DNA from: Elsinoe ampelina
Lineage: Eukaryota
Direction of reading: 5' to 3'
Assembly: GCA_010093995.1 (NCBI GenBank)
Contig: ML992502.1
Location: forward strand, 2,021,925-2,085,924
Length of the DNA: 64,000 nucleotides
The notes under the pieces are model-generated. The model was not told where the DNA came from and did not search any database. It saw only the letters and a program-made list of their open reading frames with translations. The number at the start of each line of letters is the position of its first letter. The first letter of the stretch is position 1. Position numbers and translations under genes: made by a program. Positions 10,551 through 21,908 of this stretch are shown here, piece after piece.

Positions 10551-11630
10551 TCATGCTTTCCCTTTAGACTTGAGATCCGAGTCTGACACTGCTCTGATAT
10601 ACACCTTGACCAGCTTGGAATCGATCTCTTCCGTGCCATCTTCGAAACCTGGACTCGTTCCTATCGCCGCCACAGTCCCATCTCCAGCCCATGCCATCGC
10701 CTGCACACCACTCTCCAATCCAGGGAATGCCCTAATACGTCTCTTGTTCGCGCCGTCCCAGAGTATGACCGTTCCGTCGCCTCCAGCACTGGCGAAGACA
10801 TTGGTCTTGATCGGGTGAAATGCCAACGCGTTGACAGGGTATACGACATCTTCTTCTTCTGTACTAGTACGGTGACACTTGAAAGCGTATTTCTTCATCT
10901 GCGCCTCTTCTGAGGGGTCAAACATCTCGACTCCCACACGACCTTCGATAGACGAAATGGCGAAGCCTTCGTCGTTGGGCATACATGCTACGGCTCGAAT
11001 CATGTACTTGAGTGCTGGTTCACGCTGCTGCCATGGCTCGATCACCAAAGGGATAGTCGAGTTGTCTGAAGTCGGCGCACTTTGCAATGTAAGCTGTTGG
11101 AGTGTCGCAAGGTCATAGATGTAAACTTGTCGAGAAGCCATGGCGACCACCAGCTTCGTCGGCGAGACGGAGATTGCATGAGGTACCGAAGGTATCGAAA
11201 CTGACGAAGGAGCATGAGTGAGGGCGCCGTTCTCCAACTCGACAATGTGGATGTGGAGAGTATTATCCCAGCCTGATGAAATCAAGATGTTGTGTTCTGG
11301 AGAGTATACCACATGGCGGGCAGGCTTTTCGTGTGTTGACAATACCGTCTTGCGTCCCGTGTCGAGGTTGATATGAGATACATCATGGTCGAGTCCAGCA
11401 GAGAAAGCCGTGTTTCCGTCAGCTCCAAAGCAAATGTCTAGAACCGGTGCGCGATGCTCTATGCGCATTTCCAAGAAGCTGTCGGAAGACTCGAGCGGTG
11501 AAGGCGTCTCGTAGAGGTAGATGTGGCGGTCCCATGACGAGACGAGGAGACGCGTCGAAGAGCCCGGTGCAAACTTGAGGGCAGAGATCACGTCCGACGG
11601 CGGTTCGGAGAGCTCGTACTGTGATGACAT
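10551..11630 (-). CDS. BUB3: Spindle-checkpoint WD40 protein Bub3
   Basis: MSSQYELSEPPSDVISALKF; SSIEGRVGVE, KYAFKCHR and VYPVNALAFHP motifs; a small upstream exon cannot be excluded. Confidence 0.88.
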   Translation of the reverse strand: MSSQYELSEPPSDVISALKFAPGSSTRLLVSSWDRHIYLYETPSPLESSDSFLEMRIEHRAPVLDICFGADGNTAFSAGLDHDVSHINLDTGRKTVLSTHEKPARHVVYSPEHNILISSGWDNTLHIHIVELENGALTHAPSSVSIPSVPHAISVSPTKLVVAMASRQVYIYDLATLQQLTLQSAPTSDNSTIPLVIEPWQQREPALKYMIRAVACMPNDEGFAISSIEGRVGVEMFDPSEEAQMKKYAFKCHRTSTEEEDVVYPVNALAFHPIKTNVFASAGGDGTVILWDGANKRRIRAFPGLESGVQAMAWAGDGTVAAIGTSPGFEDGTEEIDSKLVKVYIRAVSDSDLKSKGKA

Positions 11631-12044
11631 GGTCAGTATCGACGGTTCGAAGTGATGCAATGTGCGGCCGTAGCGAGCAGAGAGCAGTCGTGATTCGAGC
11701 AAGTTGTCGACGTCAGAGAAAGGAGACGACCATGTAAACAGCTTCTGACAATTCTGCCACCAAATCTCACCGCCTTTCTATACCATTGCATGTCATGGTG
11801 GGGCACATGGATGACTACATGACATCTGATACCAGATACATCTGAATGTCTTCGACTTTGGGATCACTTTATCTTCAGTCCCTAGCCACTATATAGCTCG
11901 CCCATCGCTTCAGTCAGCTCGTAATCAGCGTCGAGACATCCTCACTCCAGCACTTTCCTACTGAAGGCCACCACCGAGCAGTTGGAAGTGGGCGCTTACT
12001 CGTTCCAAATCTCTGGGTAGGGATAGACTGTGCCAGTACATGCT

Positions 12045-13385
12045 ATGCCCTTCGCACAGCTCGTTATAGGGCCGCCTGGATCTGGAAAGTCAACATACTG
12101 CGATGGAGTACAGCAATTCTTCAATGCCATCGAGCGGAAATGCTCGGTAGTGAATCTGGATCCGGCTAATGACCGGACGAGTTATCCTTGTGCGTTGGAT
12201 ATACGAGACTTAGTACCACTGGAAGATGTCATGGAGCAAGAACATCTTGGTCCGAACGGTGGCGTTCTGTATGCACTCGAAGAACTGGAGCACAACTTCG
12301 AGTGGATGGAAGAAGCGCTAGACACCATGAAAGGTGAGGCACTACTGTTGCTGACTGAAACATCGTCTAACAAACAGAAGAAGACTACCTCATCATCGAC
12401 TGTCCCGGCCAAGTCGAGCTTTTCACCCACCACAGCTCCCTGCCCACCATCTTCCACAAGCTCGAAAAGCTCGGCTACCGCGTACGCTGCTTCATCTCCC
12501 CTGCTCTCCTCTCCCTCTCACTAACCCCCTCAGCTCATCATAATCCAACTCCTCGACTCCCACACCCTCACCCGCCCCACGCTCTACATCTCCTCCCTCC
12601 TCCTCTCCCTCCGCTCCATGCTCAACCTCCCCTACCCCTGCATCAACATCCTCTCCAAAATCGATAACCTCTCCACCCTCTCCCCCCTCCCCTTCAACCT
12701 CGACTTCTACACCGAAGTGCAAGACCTGCACTACCTCCTCCCCCACCTCGAAGCCGAACAAGCCGGCATCTCCCTCCCCACCCTCTCCTCCGACCCCACC
12801 GTCGACCCCGCCTCCGTCCTCGAAACCATCCGCGCCCGCGACGGAGGTGACAACAAGTGGACGCGCCTCAACGAGGCCCTGATCCAACTCATCGAAGACT
12901 TCGGCCTCGTCTCCTTCCAGCCTCTCGCGGTGGAGGACAAAAAGTCCATGGCGGCAGTGGTGAGGGCGATCGACCGCGCGTCTGGCTTCGTGTTCGGCGC
13001 GGACGGTAAAGGGGGTCTGTCGAATGAGGAGAGCGTCTTCGCGACGGCGATGAAGGAAGGGTGGGGACAGATGGAGATTCGTGATGTGCAGGAGCGGTGG
13101 ATCGAGAGGAGGGAGGAGCTGGATGAGGTGGAGAGGAAGGAGTGGGAGGAAGAGGCGAGGGAGGCGGGGCAGATGGCGGAGGTGGGGACTGGGGTGGTGA
13201 CGGTGGAGGGGAAGGGGGAGGGGGAGGTGCCGAGTGTGGCGGAGGTGGAGGCGGAGCTGGCGAAGAGGGGAAAGAAGCAAGGGGGATTAGGAAGCGGGGA
13301 TGAGGACGAGGATTTGGAGAAGGCGCAGGAGGAGTTCTTTCGGCACGGTCAAGGTGTGGGAGGGACGAGGGTAATGAGGCGGTAG
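12045..13385 (+). CDS. GPN2: GPN-loop GTPase 2; 3 exons
   Basis: GPPGSGKST, VNLDPAN, LGPNGG, DCPGQVELFTHH and FNLDFYTEVQDL; introns 12334-12377 and 12482-12533. Confidence 0.93.
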
Positions 13386-13448
13386 GGGGAAAGGGGGGTG
13401 ATGATTTGATGAAGTCTATAGACATGATACCCAAATTGCTAAACTATG

Positions 13449-14642
13449 CTAGACGAAACGCAGCACCTGGTGTGGCCCTTCAACCTGCCAGCTCCCTCTT
13501 GTCCTCCTTGTGCTATCCGTATGCGTGGTCATCATGGAATTCCTCGAGCTAGTTACTTGCTCCGGCTCCTTCTGCCTGAGATCATATGGGTCAAAGTCGT
13601 CCAACGCTTCTCCGTCCTCATCATCGCGCATAGCCCTGTTGTGGAAAGCGTTGATACTCCAGACACTGTTCAGCCCGGCATCAATACCGTATTGGCGCGG
13701 CTCTGGTCGTGGATAATACGCTCCATTGGATTTGTCCGGGACGAAGAACGATTGATCGACGCGGGAGATGAGCCACATGTAGACTACAAAGAGCTCGGTG
13801 ACAAAGTTGAAGCAGTAGAAGCTTGCTGTGCTGAGATACCATGGTGGTTCTTGGGCAATTGGACCGTCTGGTCCTGGTGGACCTGGGAGGTAGACAGATG
13901 TGGGTGGTAACCAGCCGGTGCCGGCTCTGAAGGCAGCTCCCAGGGTGAGGATGCATGCAGCGATGATGCATATCCAGATCTTTGTTCTCATCCGTCCTTC
14001 TCCGAACTTGTCTGTCGGGTTGGTGAGGCGTTTCCTTTGAATGCTTGGGAGGAGTCCGATAATGGTGCTGAGTAGCACGACAGGAGCTGGGAGGAAGGCC
14101 ATGACGGCAAAGCAGGTTGAGCCATACAGTTGGATGCTTCGATCGATACGATGGATGTTCGGGTCCAGGGTGAAGAAAGATTGGAGTACAGCTACGACGA
14201 CAGCTATCAGAGTCAGGACGACTATGGCAAAGAGCAGTGCGAAGGCAATCTTGAAGCCTTTGGCCCAGCCGAAAGTAGGATGTTGTGCTCGTATGATTCT
14301 TTGAGCGAAGATAAAGTTGATGCCGAATAGTATAATTGTACCAGCATAGACGAAGACGGTGCTCGCAAGTCCAAGGTTGACCGAGCGAGGGAAGCAGGCC
14401 CACGCTATACGTAACGAGAATGTCCCAATCCGTATCTTGCCAAAGCCGAATAAAGCACCATTGATGACAAATTTGTGCCCGCTCTTCTTGTTCCGTATGA
14501 AGATGGCGAAGCTGGTGACTCCGGCGACTAGGAAGAGGGCCAACAAAGAAGCTGAAACAGGTGCGTCTGGCAAGACGCTAGGTGTTCCACCCAGGAGTTG
14601 AGTATCTGGTGCGTACGGACCTGCACGTCTGGAAAGACCCAT
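13449..14642 (-). CDS. Fungal multi-pass membrane protein (DUF3112-like)
   Basis: GPYAP...LGGTP N-terminus, about 7 hydrophobic helices, FAQRIIRAQHP and FYCFNF motifs; family call from memory. Confidence 0.75.
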   Translation of the reverse strand: MGLSRRAGPYAPDTQLLGGTPSVLPDAPVSASLLALFLVAGVTSFAIFIRNKKSGHKFVINGALFGFGKIRIGTFSLRIAWACFPRSVNLGLASTVFVYAGTIILFGINFIFAQRIIRAQHPTFGWAKGFKIAFALLFAIVVLTLIAVVVAVLQSFFTLDPNIHRIDRSIQLYGSTCFAVMAFLPAPVVLLSTIIGLLPSIQRKRLTNPTDKFGEGRMRTKIWICIIAACILTLGAAFRAGTGWLPPTSVYLPGPPGPDGPIAQEPPWYLSTASFYCFNFVTELFVVYMWLISRVDQSFFVPDKSNGAYYPRPEPRQYGIDAGLNSVWSINAFHNRAMRDDEDGEALDDFDPYDLRQKEPEQVTSSRNSMMTTHTDSTRRTRGSWQVEGPHQVLRFV

Positions 14643-15605
14643 ATCGAGTTTTGTACGTGACCTTTGGCAGAGTGAGGCTACTTCGTCTGGCAATTCTTGT
14701 GTTGAAGATCGACCAGGTAGTCTCTCGTACGTTGCTCTTCGTCAGCAGGATCTGTACGACGTGCAGTTGCAGGGAATCTGGCTGCTCGCCAATGATATCA
14801 GAGGAGGTCGGCACAACAATGCCGCCGACGGCCTTGATAGTTCGCACGTGAGATGTGCCAGATCTGGTGAAAGAGCTACGGTAGTGAGCACCGATGCGGA
14901 TCAAGGATATTGCTCATCCATTCATAGAAGTCGAGTGGCGTCTTTTCCGTGACCCGCTGACGTCTTCTGCAGGAAGAGAGGTATCATCATTACCTCTTTC
15001 TGCAAGCTGCCGCTGGCATGCGATACGCTTCCAAATGCGCTTACGATTTTGGCTTACATATGTGAAGCTGCACGCGGCTTCGTCTCAAGATGCATTACAT
15101 GCAGTGCAGTCCACGTCCGTTGCGAGAGAGAACAAAGACCTCGGAGCTTTTGCAATGATCATCATCGCGCCATTGCCCTTGTGATTCTGCTGATACCTGA
15201 AAGCTGGACGTGCTGCTCCTTGTCGTGAGCTACGGAGAAGTTGGGGCCGCCGTGCGACGTCCGGAGGTCAAGGATGTTTCCATCAGTAGACCAAAAAGAG
15301 CCGCTACCATTCATCCCGTTCCAGATCGTTCCGTCCGACGATGATCCATCGATCCATGAGAGCGCCGCCTACAGTAGCTGAGCAAGATAGATGAAATTTG
15401 TAAGGACACGAGGAAAAGCACCTGCAGAGGAGAAGGCGAGGCATCAGTGAAGGGAGTAAAGTCGGGTGGGGATTTTCAAGGCCTGTCACGTGGCATGTTG
15501 CTAGCTCCACGTTTGATGATCCGCCCATCATTTGTCGGCGCTGCTCGGAAGATGTGTGGGAAGGATGTGTGGATTGCAAATCTCCGTTCCATTCCTAATT
15601 CATTA

Positions 15606-16751
15606 CTACGAAGCCGGTCCCAAAATGATATTATCGATTAGCCGGACGGCAATCTTCCCGTCACCCAGCCCGCAGTTCTCTCCTGGATTCGTCTCATCAA
15701 GGGGCATCATCTTGATGGCCCCACTAAGTATAGCACCCCTTGCAGGATCTACAAGCTCTACCTCTTCCAAAGTCTCTGGGTCTGCGAGTGATAGGTAGTC
15801 GACATCAAAAAGTGCCCGCTCGGTTGGTGCCAGCTCTTCTTGCTCTGCTCGGACCCGCATGGCAAGCTCATTTGCCATCCACATGATATCAGCCCGACTC
15901 GTCTTGCCTTTGTCGAATTGGCTCTCTGCTGCCTTCAGCGCTTGTGACAAAACCAGTCCAACTTTGCGCCTGCGATCGCCAAGATAGACATTCCTACTAC
16001 TCATAGCCAAGCCATCCGCTTCCCTGGCCGTTGGACCAATCTTGACCTCCATGTCGAGGTGGAAATCTTTGACCATGCGTTTGATTACGATAGTCTGCTG
16101 GACATCCTTCTGACCAAAATAGACCCTATCCGGTGCGACCAGGTTGAAGAGCTTCATACAGACTGTCGCCACGCCTCGAAAAAATACTGGTCGTGAAGCA
16201 CCTTCCAAGACTTGACCTATCGGGCTTATGATCACAAAGGAGCCAACACCAGGAATCGAAGAGTCTGGTGGCAAAGTAGGATACATGACCTTAGTGGTTG
16301 GTGCAAACACAGCTGTGATACGACCCGACCTCGGATCAGATGCAAGCTCTGCATCCAGTTGCTTGAGCATTGTCATGTCCGCGTCCCACGTTTTCGGGTA
16401 GCTGTCCAGGTCCTCGTTGACTCCGAACTGTGTGGGATTGACGTAAATGCTGACAAAGACTTCGGCGTTTTCAGCTGCGGCTTGTCTCACAAGTGAGAGG
16501 TGTCCTTCATGGAGAGCTCCCATAGTTGGTACCAGGCCGACCGACTTGTTTCTGAGGCGAAGATCTTTGCGGTAGGCGCGAAGAGGAGGAACATCTCGGA
16601 AGACATGGAGGCTTCTATAATCTATCCCGGAGCTAGACTGGAATCTCGCATTTGCAGGCTGCTGAAGGCAAGATCGTATCTGTAGCTTGTTCTGTGATGG
16701 ACCGTACCGGCGACTAGTGATCCGGGGGCATGGAAGCAATTTGCGGAGCAT
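15606..16751 (-). CDS. PAN6: Pantoate-beta-alanine ligase (pantothenate synthetase)
   Basis: VPTMGALHEGH, SIYVNPTQF, LEGASRP, YFGQKD, GLAMSSRN and RLIDN motifs. Confidence 0.95.
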   Translation of the reverse strand: MLRKLLPCPRITSRRYGPSQNKLQIRSCLQQPANARFQSSSGIDYRSLHVFRDVPPLRAYRKDLRLRNKSVGLVPTMGALHEGHLSLVRQAAAENAEVFVSIYVNPTQFGVNEDLDSYPKTWDADMTMLKQLDAELASDPRSGRITAVFAPTTKVMYPTLPPDSSIPGVGSFVIISPIGQVLEGASRPVFFRGVATVCMKLFNLVAPDRVYFGQKDVQQTIVIKRMVKDFHLDMEVKIGPTAREADGLAMSSRNVYLGDRRRKVGLVLSQALKAAESQFDKGKTSRADIMWMANELAMRVRAEQEELAPTERALFDVDYLSLADPETLEEVELVDPARGAILSGAIKMMPLDETNPGENCGLGDGKIAVRLIDNIILGPAS

Positions 16752-17095
16752 GGCGAGCAAATGTTTCAGAAGAGAATGATGCGAGGTGCACCACTCCCAA
16801 TCGTCTTCTGTCACTCCATGTTTAAAAAAGAAATTGCTCGCTCAGGGCCTGAGCAGCTTGGGGTTGGTGGTGTGAAGCAATGTTAAATATTTTAAGAAGC
16901 TGAGTGAGCTTCGGAAGTTTGACCCATAAAAGATCCATGTTCCGGGGGGTCTCACCCGCAGAGCCGCACTATAAAAAATGGATGCGGGGCAAAGTCGGCC
17001 ATAGTTTTCTGAGCGCCGACGTGGTGGACTTCTCATCTTCACCGCATGACAAGCGCTGTCGCAAGGAGACGATAGCCGTTGACTGCAGAAACATC

Positions 17096-19462
17096 ATGGC
17101 CGACGATGGTATGCTTCTCAACCTTGCACCGGACCTCAAGTGGGAAGCGAAACCGGTCTTCAAGGGTGGACGGTGGAAGGACCGCTTGACGGCGAAAAAG
17201 TCGGCAGAATATGGAGCGCAAAAGAGGAGAGAGAGAGCTTCTGGGCAGACTGAGCCATCGGGAGAGGGTGATCAAGCGACCTCCCAGGATGACAGGCCTG
17301 CGAAGAGACAGCGTACCGAGTTTGTCAGTACCAACGGGCAGACACCTCGCTTTACCCCGAGCAATGATAGAAAGACGTCTGGTATACAGCAAAGGACACC
17401 GGCACATTTGATGGGCAAGCCCGGGCATAAAGAAGTCATTTCCTCGCTGTTCACATACAATCCAGAGTCGAAGGCCACCAAGGACGAAGAGCCAGTGGGA
17501 ATTGAGGAAGAGGCGGTCGAGGCCTCCAATGCGCCACTCTCGCCAGAGATGGAGACCTTTACAAATTTAGGACTGTCGAGAAGCGTGGCAGCTCATCTTT
17601 TGAACAAGATGGCCATAAAGGCACCGACTTCTATCCAGCGAAAGGCTGTTGCACAATTACTCAAGGAAGACTCTGACGCTTTCGTGCAAGCCGAGACTGG
17701 ATCTGGAAAGACTCTGGCATATCTTTTGCCTTTAGTGCAACGACTGTTGGACCTTTCGCAGAAGCTGAAAGACTCGAATGGGCAGCGTATGAGCAGGCAT
17801 TCTGGGCTTTTTGCGATCATTCTTGCGCCAACGAGAGAATTGAGCAAGCAGATCTCGACCGTACTCGAATCGCTACTAGGATGCGCACACTGGATCGTTG
17901 CTGGAACTGTCACTGGTGGTGAGAAGAAGAAGTCGGAAAAGGCACGGTTACGGAAAGGCATCAATGTGCTTGTGGCAACACCGGGTCGTCTGGCGGATCA
18001 TCTGAATAATACTGAAGTATTGGACGTCAGCAAGGTGCGGTGGTTAGTCATGGATGAGGGGGACAGACTGATGGAGCTTGGTTTCGAGCAAGATATACAA
18101 AAGATCGTGGCCACATTGAATCTGAGGATGAGGGCTGCGCAACAGGATGACATTAGTCCGCTACTACCGACCAAACGAATGACGGTATTATGCTCGGCTA
18201 CTTTGAAAATGGACGTCCAGAAACTCGGGGAAATAAGCTTGAAGGACGCTGCACATATCGCAGCAGACCAGAAAGAGGAGAATGGCGCCGACAAGGACAC
18301 TGAAGATACATCATTCCAAGCCCCCAGCCAACTGAAGCAATCCTACGCCATAGTCCCCGCCAAACAACGCCTGGTTACCCTTGTCGCCGTCCTCCGCCGC
18401 GCCTTCGCCCGCAAAGGCTCCACGATAAAAGCCATCGTCTTCTTCTCCTGCGCCGACTCAGTCGACTACCACTTCTCCCTCCTCACCCGACCAGATCCCA
18501 CCTCCGACTCCACCTCCGAAACCGCCCCGGCGCCCCCCTCCACCGTCCCCAACCCTCCCACCCCAGCTCCCCTCTCCACCAAACCCTCCATCCCCCAAGG
18601 CCTCCTCCTCCCCCAAACCCTCACCTCCGCCCCGACCCCCACCCTCTCCCCGCCTTCCTCCTCCCCCCTCACCCTCCACCGCCTCCACGGCTCCCTCCCC
18701 CAATCCCTCCGCACCTCCACCCTCTCCAGCTTCTCCAAATCCCCCACCCCCTCCATCCTCTTCTGCACCGACGTCGCCTCCCGCGGCCTCGACCTCCCCC
18801 ACATCGACCTCGTCCTCGAATACGACCCGCCCTTCAGCCGCGACGAACACCTCCACCGCGTAGGCCGCACAGCGCGCGCAGGCCGCGACGGACGGGCGAT
18901 GATTTTCCTCCTCCCCGGTTGCGAGGAGGGGTACGTGCCCATCCTGCGGGAGAGCCGGCGCGAGGGGCTACGGGTGACGGCGCACAGCGCGGAGGAGTTG
19001 TTGCGGCGGGGGTTCGGGCCGACGTCGGGGGTGGTGGATGGGAAGGGAGGGGGGTGGGAGGGCAAGGCGACAGAGTGGCAGTTGGACGTGGAGAGGTGGG
19101 TGCTCGAAGATAATGGGCGGCTGGAGATGGCGAGGCGGGCGTATCAGAGCCATGTGCGGGCGTACGCGACGCATGTGGCGAAGGAGAGGGGGGTTTTTGA
19201 TATTAAGCAGTTGCATTTGGGACATTTGGCCAAGGGGTTTGGACTTAGGGAGAGGCCTGGGGGGATGAAGGTTCCGGGGATGAGGAAGGGGGTGGGGGAG
19301 GTGAAGGGGGAGAGGAAGAGGGCGGGGGCTGGGAAGGGGGTTGGGGACGGGGTGGAGAGGGAGGAGGAGACGAGGGAGGAGATGGATGCGAGGGAGGCGA
19401 GGAAGAGGATGAGGGTTAAGATGAAGAGTTTGGAGGGGGCTGGCGAGTTCAATCTTGGGTAG
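17096..19462 (+). CDS. DBP7: DEAD-box RNA helicase Dbp7
   Basis: MADDGMLLN start; AETGSGKT, PTREL, GGEKKKSEKARLRKG, DEGD, SAT, HRVGRTAR and SHVRAYATH motifs. Confidence 0.95.
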   Translation: MADDGMLLNLAPDLKWEAKPVFKGGRWKDRLTAKKSAEYGAQKRRERASGQTEPSGEGDQATSQDDRPAKRQRTEFVSTNGQTPRFTPSNDRKTSGIQQRTPAHLMGKPGHKEVISSLFTYNPESKATKDEEPVGIEEEAVEASNAPLSPEMETFTNLGLSRSVAAHLLNKMAIKAPTSIQRKAVAQLLKEDSDAFVQAETGSGKTLAYLLPLVQRLLDLSQKLKDSNGQRMSRHSGLFAIILAPTRELSKQISTVLESLLGCAHWIVAGTVTGGEKKKSEKARLRKGINVLVATPGRLADHLNNTEVLDVSKVRWLVMDEGDRLMELGFEQDIQKIVATLNLRMRAAQQDDISPLLPTKRMTVLCSATLKMDVQKLGEISLKDAAHIAADQKEENGADKDTEDTSFQAPSQLKQSYAIVPAKQRLVTLVAVLRRAFARKGSTIKAIVFFSCADSVDYHFSLLTRPDPTSDSTSETAPAPPSTVPNPPTPAPLSTKPSIPQGLLLPQTLTSAPTPTLSPPSSSPLTLHRLHGSLPQSLRTSTLSSFSKSPTPSILFCTDVASRGLDLPHIDLVLEYDPPFSRDEHLHRVGRTARAGRDGRAMIFLLPGCEEGYVPILRESRREGLRVTAHSAEELLRRGFGPTSGVVDGKGGGWEGKATEWQLDVERWVLEDNGRLEMARRAYQSHVRAYATHVAKERGVFDIKQLHLGHLAKGFGLRERPGGMKVPGMRKGVGEVKGERKRAGAGKGVGDGVEREEETREEMDAREARKRMRVKMKSLEGAGEFNLG

Positions 19463-20637
19463 CTAGAATACGTCCCATAGTGAGATGCGGCCGTCTTTGG
19501 AGCCGAGGGCTATCCAGTGTGTTCTTTGGACTTTTCTGGCACGTTGTTGTGCTGCTGTTGGACGCCGGGTGACGTTTGTGGTTGATGTCGCGTCGCTCGC
19601 GGTCTCTTCTGTCTCTGAAGGCAGGATTTTGGCAAAGTCCAGAGCGTAGCAGCCTTCGGTGTGGTACTTGAGCACTGCCAACTCCTTGATATCGTTCATG
19701 TTGCTGGCGCTGTAGACACGTCCCCTCCCATCCCATCCTGCTGTGGCAAAAATCGTTCCATCCGATCTGATGCGCAATGACTGTTGTCCTGAATGACCAG
19801 TCGGGAATCTAGTTGCAGCCCTCTGGTCAAGACTCTCAGCATTGATAGCCTGATCAGCGCCAGAGTAGAAAATTATCGAAGGATTCGACAGCCATACGTC
19901 CACGGAAAGGACTGGTTGTTTCGGGTCTGGCATGCCAGCTGCATCGCATCTGCGGATCCTCCGCCACGTTCGATCTTCTTGCTCGCTGTACACAGCGACC
20001 CATCCAGCCTCGTGTCCGGCTATAATTGTAAGACGATCCTGGTGGTACAGGAGCGACAGTGCCATGATCATGCCGGTCTTGTCCTCAGGTACGGGTGGGA
20101 CGGTGCCGAGAAGAGTCTCAAAGGGTAGCGACCAGAGGATGATAGCTCCATCGCTGACGCTGGGAACGGCGATGAGGAGATTGTCAGACCCTCGTGCAGG
20201 CACAGATGCGAAAGAGCAGAAGTTGAGTGTGTGGACATCCAGACTGTGCAGGAGGCGTGGTTTCGGATGGTTGGCTTTTTCTTGGACGGAGTATGCTTGT
20301 GAGAGAGTGTGCTCGTCTTGTTCGCGGACAAGCCACACGTGCAACTTACTGTCTCTCCCATGCCTGCGTCACAAATCAGTACCTACCCTTTGCCTCATCA
20401 GGTATGTACACACGTGATGATTTTGTCGTCTCCCCACGAGCCCAGACCGAGGATCACAGCAGCGTGGGGTCTCCATGCGGCCGCGGGTCTCCTGGTGATC
20501 ATGTCCCAGAGAATGGTCCATCCCTCGGCATCTCCAGTGATCAGGCGGGAATTATCTCGGAGGAAGTGCACCGCATGTATTGGCGCCGAGTGACCTCGAA
20601 AGACATAGCTTGGTTGTAGCGGAGCTGTTGATGACAT
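19463..20637 (-). CDS. ASA1: ASTRA-complex WD40 protein Asa1; 2 exons
   Basis: PSYVFRGH start; HGRDSKLHVW after intron 20364-20413; GHSGQQSLRIRSDG, TAGWD and GSKDGRISLWDVF. Confidence 0.88.
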
Positions 20638-21908
20638 TGTGCATGGCGGTAGCGAGGTGCTAGCAGTACTAGGAAGAGACTCTCAGACCCGAATGGCAGG
20701 ATGACAGAAATGACTCGCTCGAGGCGGACTGAAAAGCGCTAGTACCGTAATATCGGGACCGACTACGGCCAGTGATTCGCGTGGTGGGACGAGGCTAAAT
20801 AGATGAATTGCCATGTGTGATGATTGCGTGGCTGCAGCTGGGCTTTTGGAACACGAGCTGTCCTGTCACGGGATTGGGAGGAGGAGAAGCGAGAGGTGAG
20901 CGCCAACAGACATGATGACATGAGTGAAGCATCAGAGCCCTAAGTGCAGTAAATAATTACCTGACACCTGGACAAGCTCTACCTTAAGAGACCCAAAAGG
21001 CTGGAAGTACTGTAAACTGTGCCGATCGCTCGTTTCTGGTTGCTGTCATGCATATTCCCAAAAAAGGTGCAAGCTCGGTACAGGTTGCTTAACGGCCAAT
21101 AACAGCATCACCAGTGCCTACTCCTGTCCATATCTTGCTCGCGTAGACCATTTGTCGCGGGTCTAGCACCGTGTAGCTTTCTCTACGCTCTCGACATTGC
21201 AGTAATCCGTTGCGAGAGCGGTGCACAAACGAGAAACAAATTGTGGACAAAGGGCATCCTCTTCGGACTCCAAATCACCATTTCTCGCCTCTGACTGCCC
21301 TTGCTCCTAAACCTGCCCTCCTTCTTCTCACGTCCCACGAGTTCCCTCCCGGTTCGAAACACTGTAGAGTGTAGACAAACTTTCGTGTCGAAGCAGAGTT
21401 CTTGGACCTCACAAGCTCATCCTCGAAACTCCTCCCTGGCCTCGCCCTCCCCGTACAGTCGGATCCCACGTTCCCTTTCCGTCATAGCGGGCTACACTGG
21501 CGGCTTGTCCCACAGGTCGATCATTCATTCTCGTCTCAGTGGCTGCCACTTCTCGGCCTGCTCCTGACGCGTACGGCCCCCGGCATCTGCGGCTCGCACA
21601 TCATCCGATTCAAGATTGCTGAGCTTTATTCGCAGGGACATGGTCATTTGGAATTGACCTCGTCCGAATCAGCTTCCCTGCCATTGATCACCAGGATTGT
21701 CTCCGTTCTTGGTTGCAGAAGCTTCATCTCGAACACCATCTGTCCGGCGTGCATCATCTCTGTCCGTAGACAAAAACTATTCGACCTTTACGCGAGACGC
21801 CCCGTCAGCAGGACTTTTCAAAGAGCTTGGTAATAACAGGGTGACACACCGAGAGCTTTTCGACCTCCCTTCCAGACACTCCAGGCGCGCGCGCCTGGAG
21901 CTATTCTG

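Noticed and set aside
9602..10639. Long Pro- or Gly-rich shadow ORFs over skew islands (e.g. 9602-10639-, 12492-13280-, 24597-25337+, 44352-45011-)
   Set aside because: They overlap well-supported genes and arise because C/G-skewed DNA lacks stop codons; no domain signal.
16904..17095. N-terminal extension of DBP7 in the ORF track
   Set aside because: The family-typical start is MADDGMLLN at 17096; the upstream part is the PAN6/DBP7 divergent promoter.
20810..20965. RTGATGA...CTGA motifs upstream of ASA1 as a possible snoRNA
   Set aside because: No recognisable rRNA/snRNA guide or terminal stem; such short motifs occur by chance.
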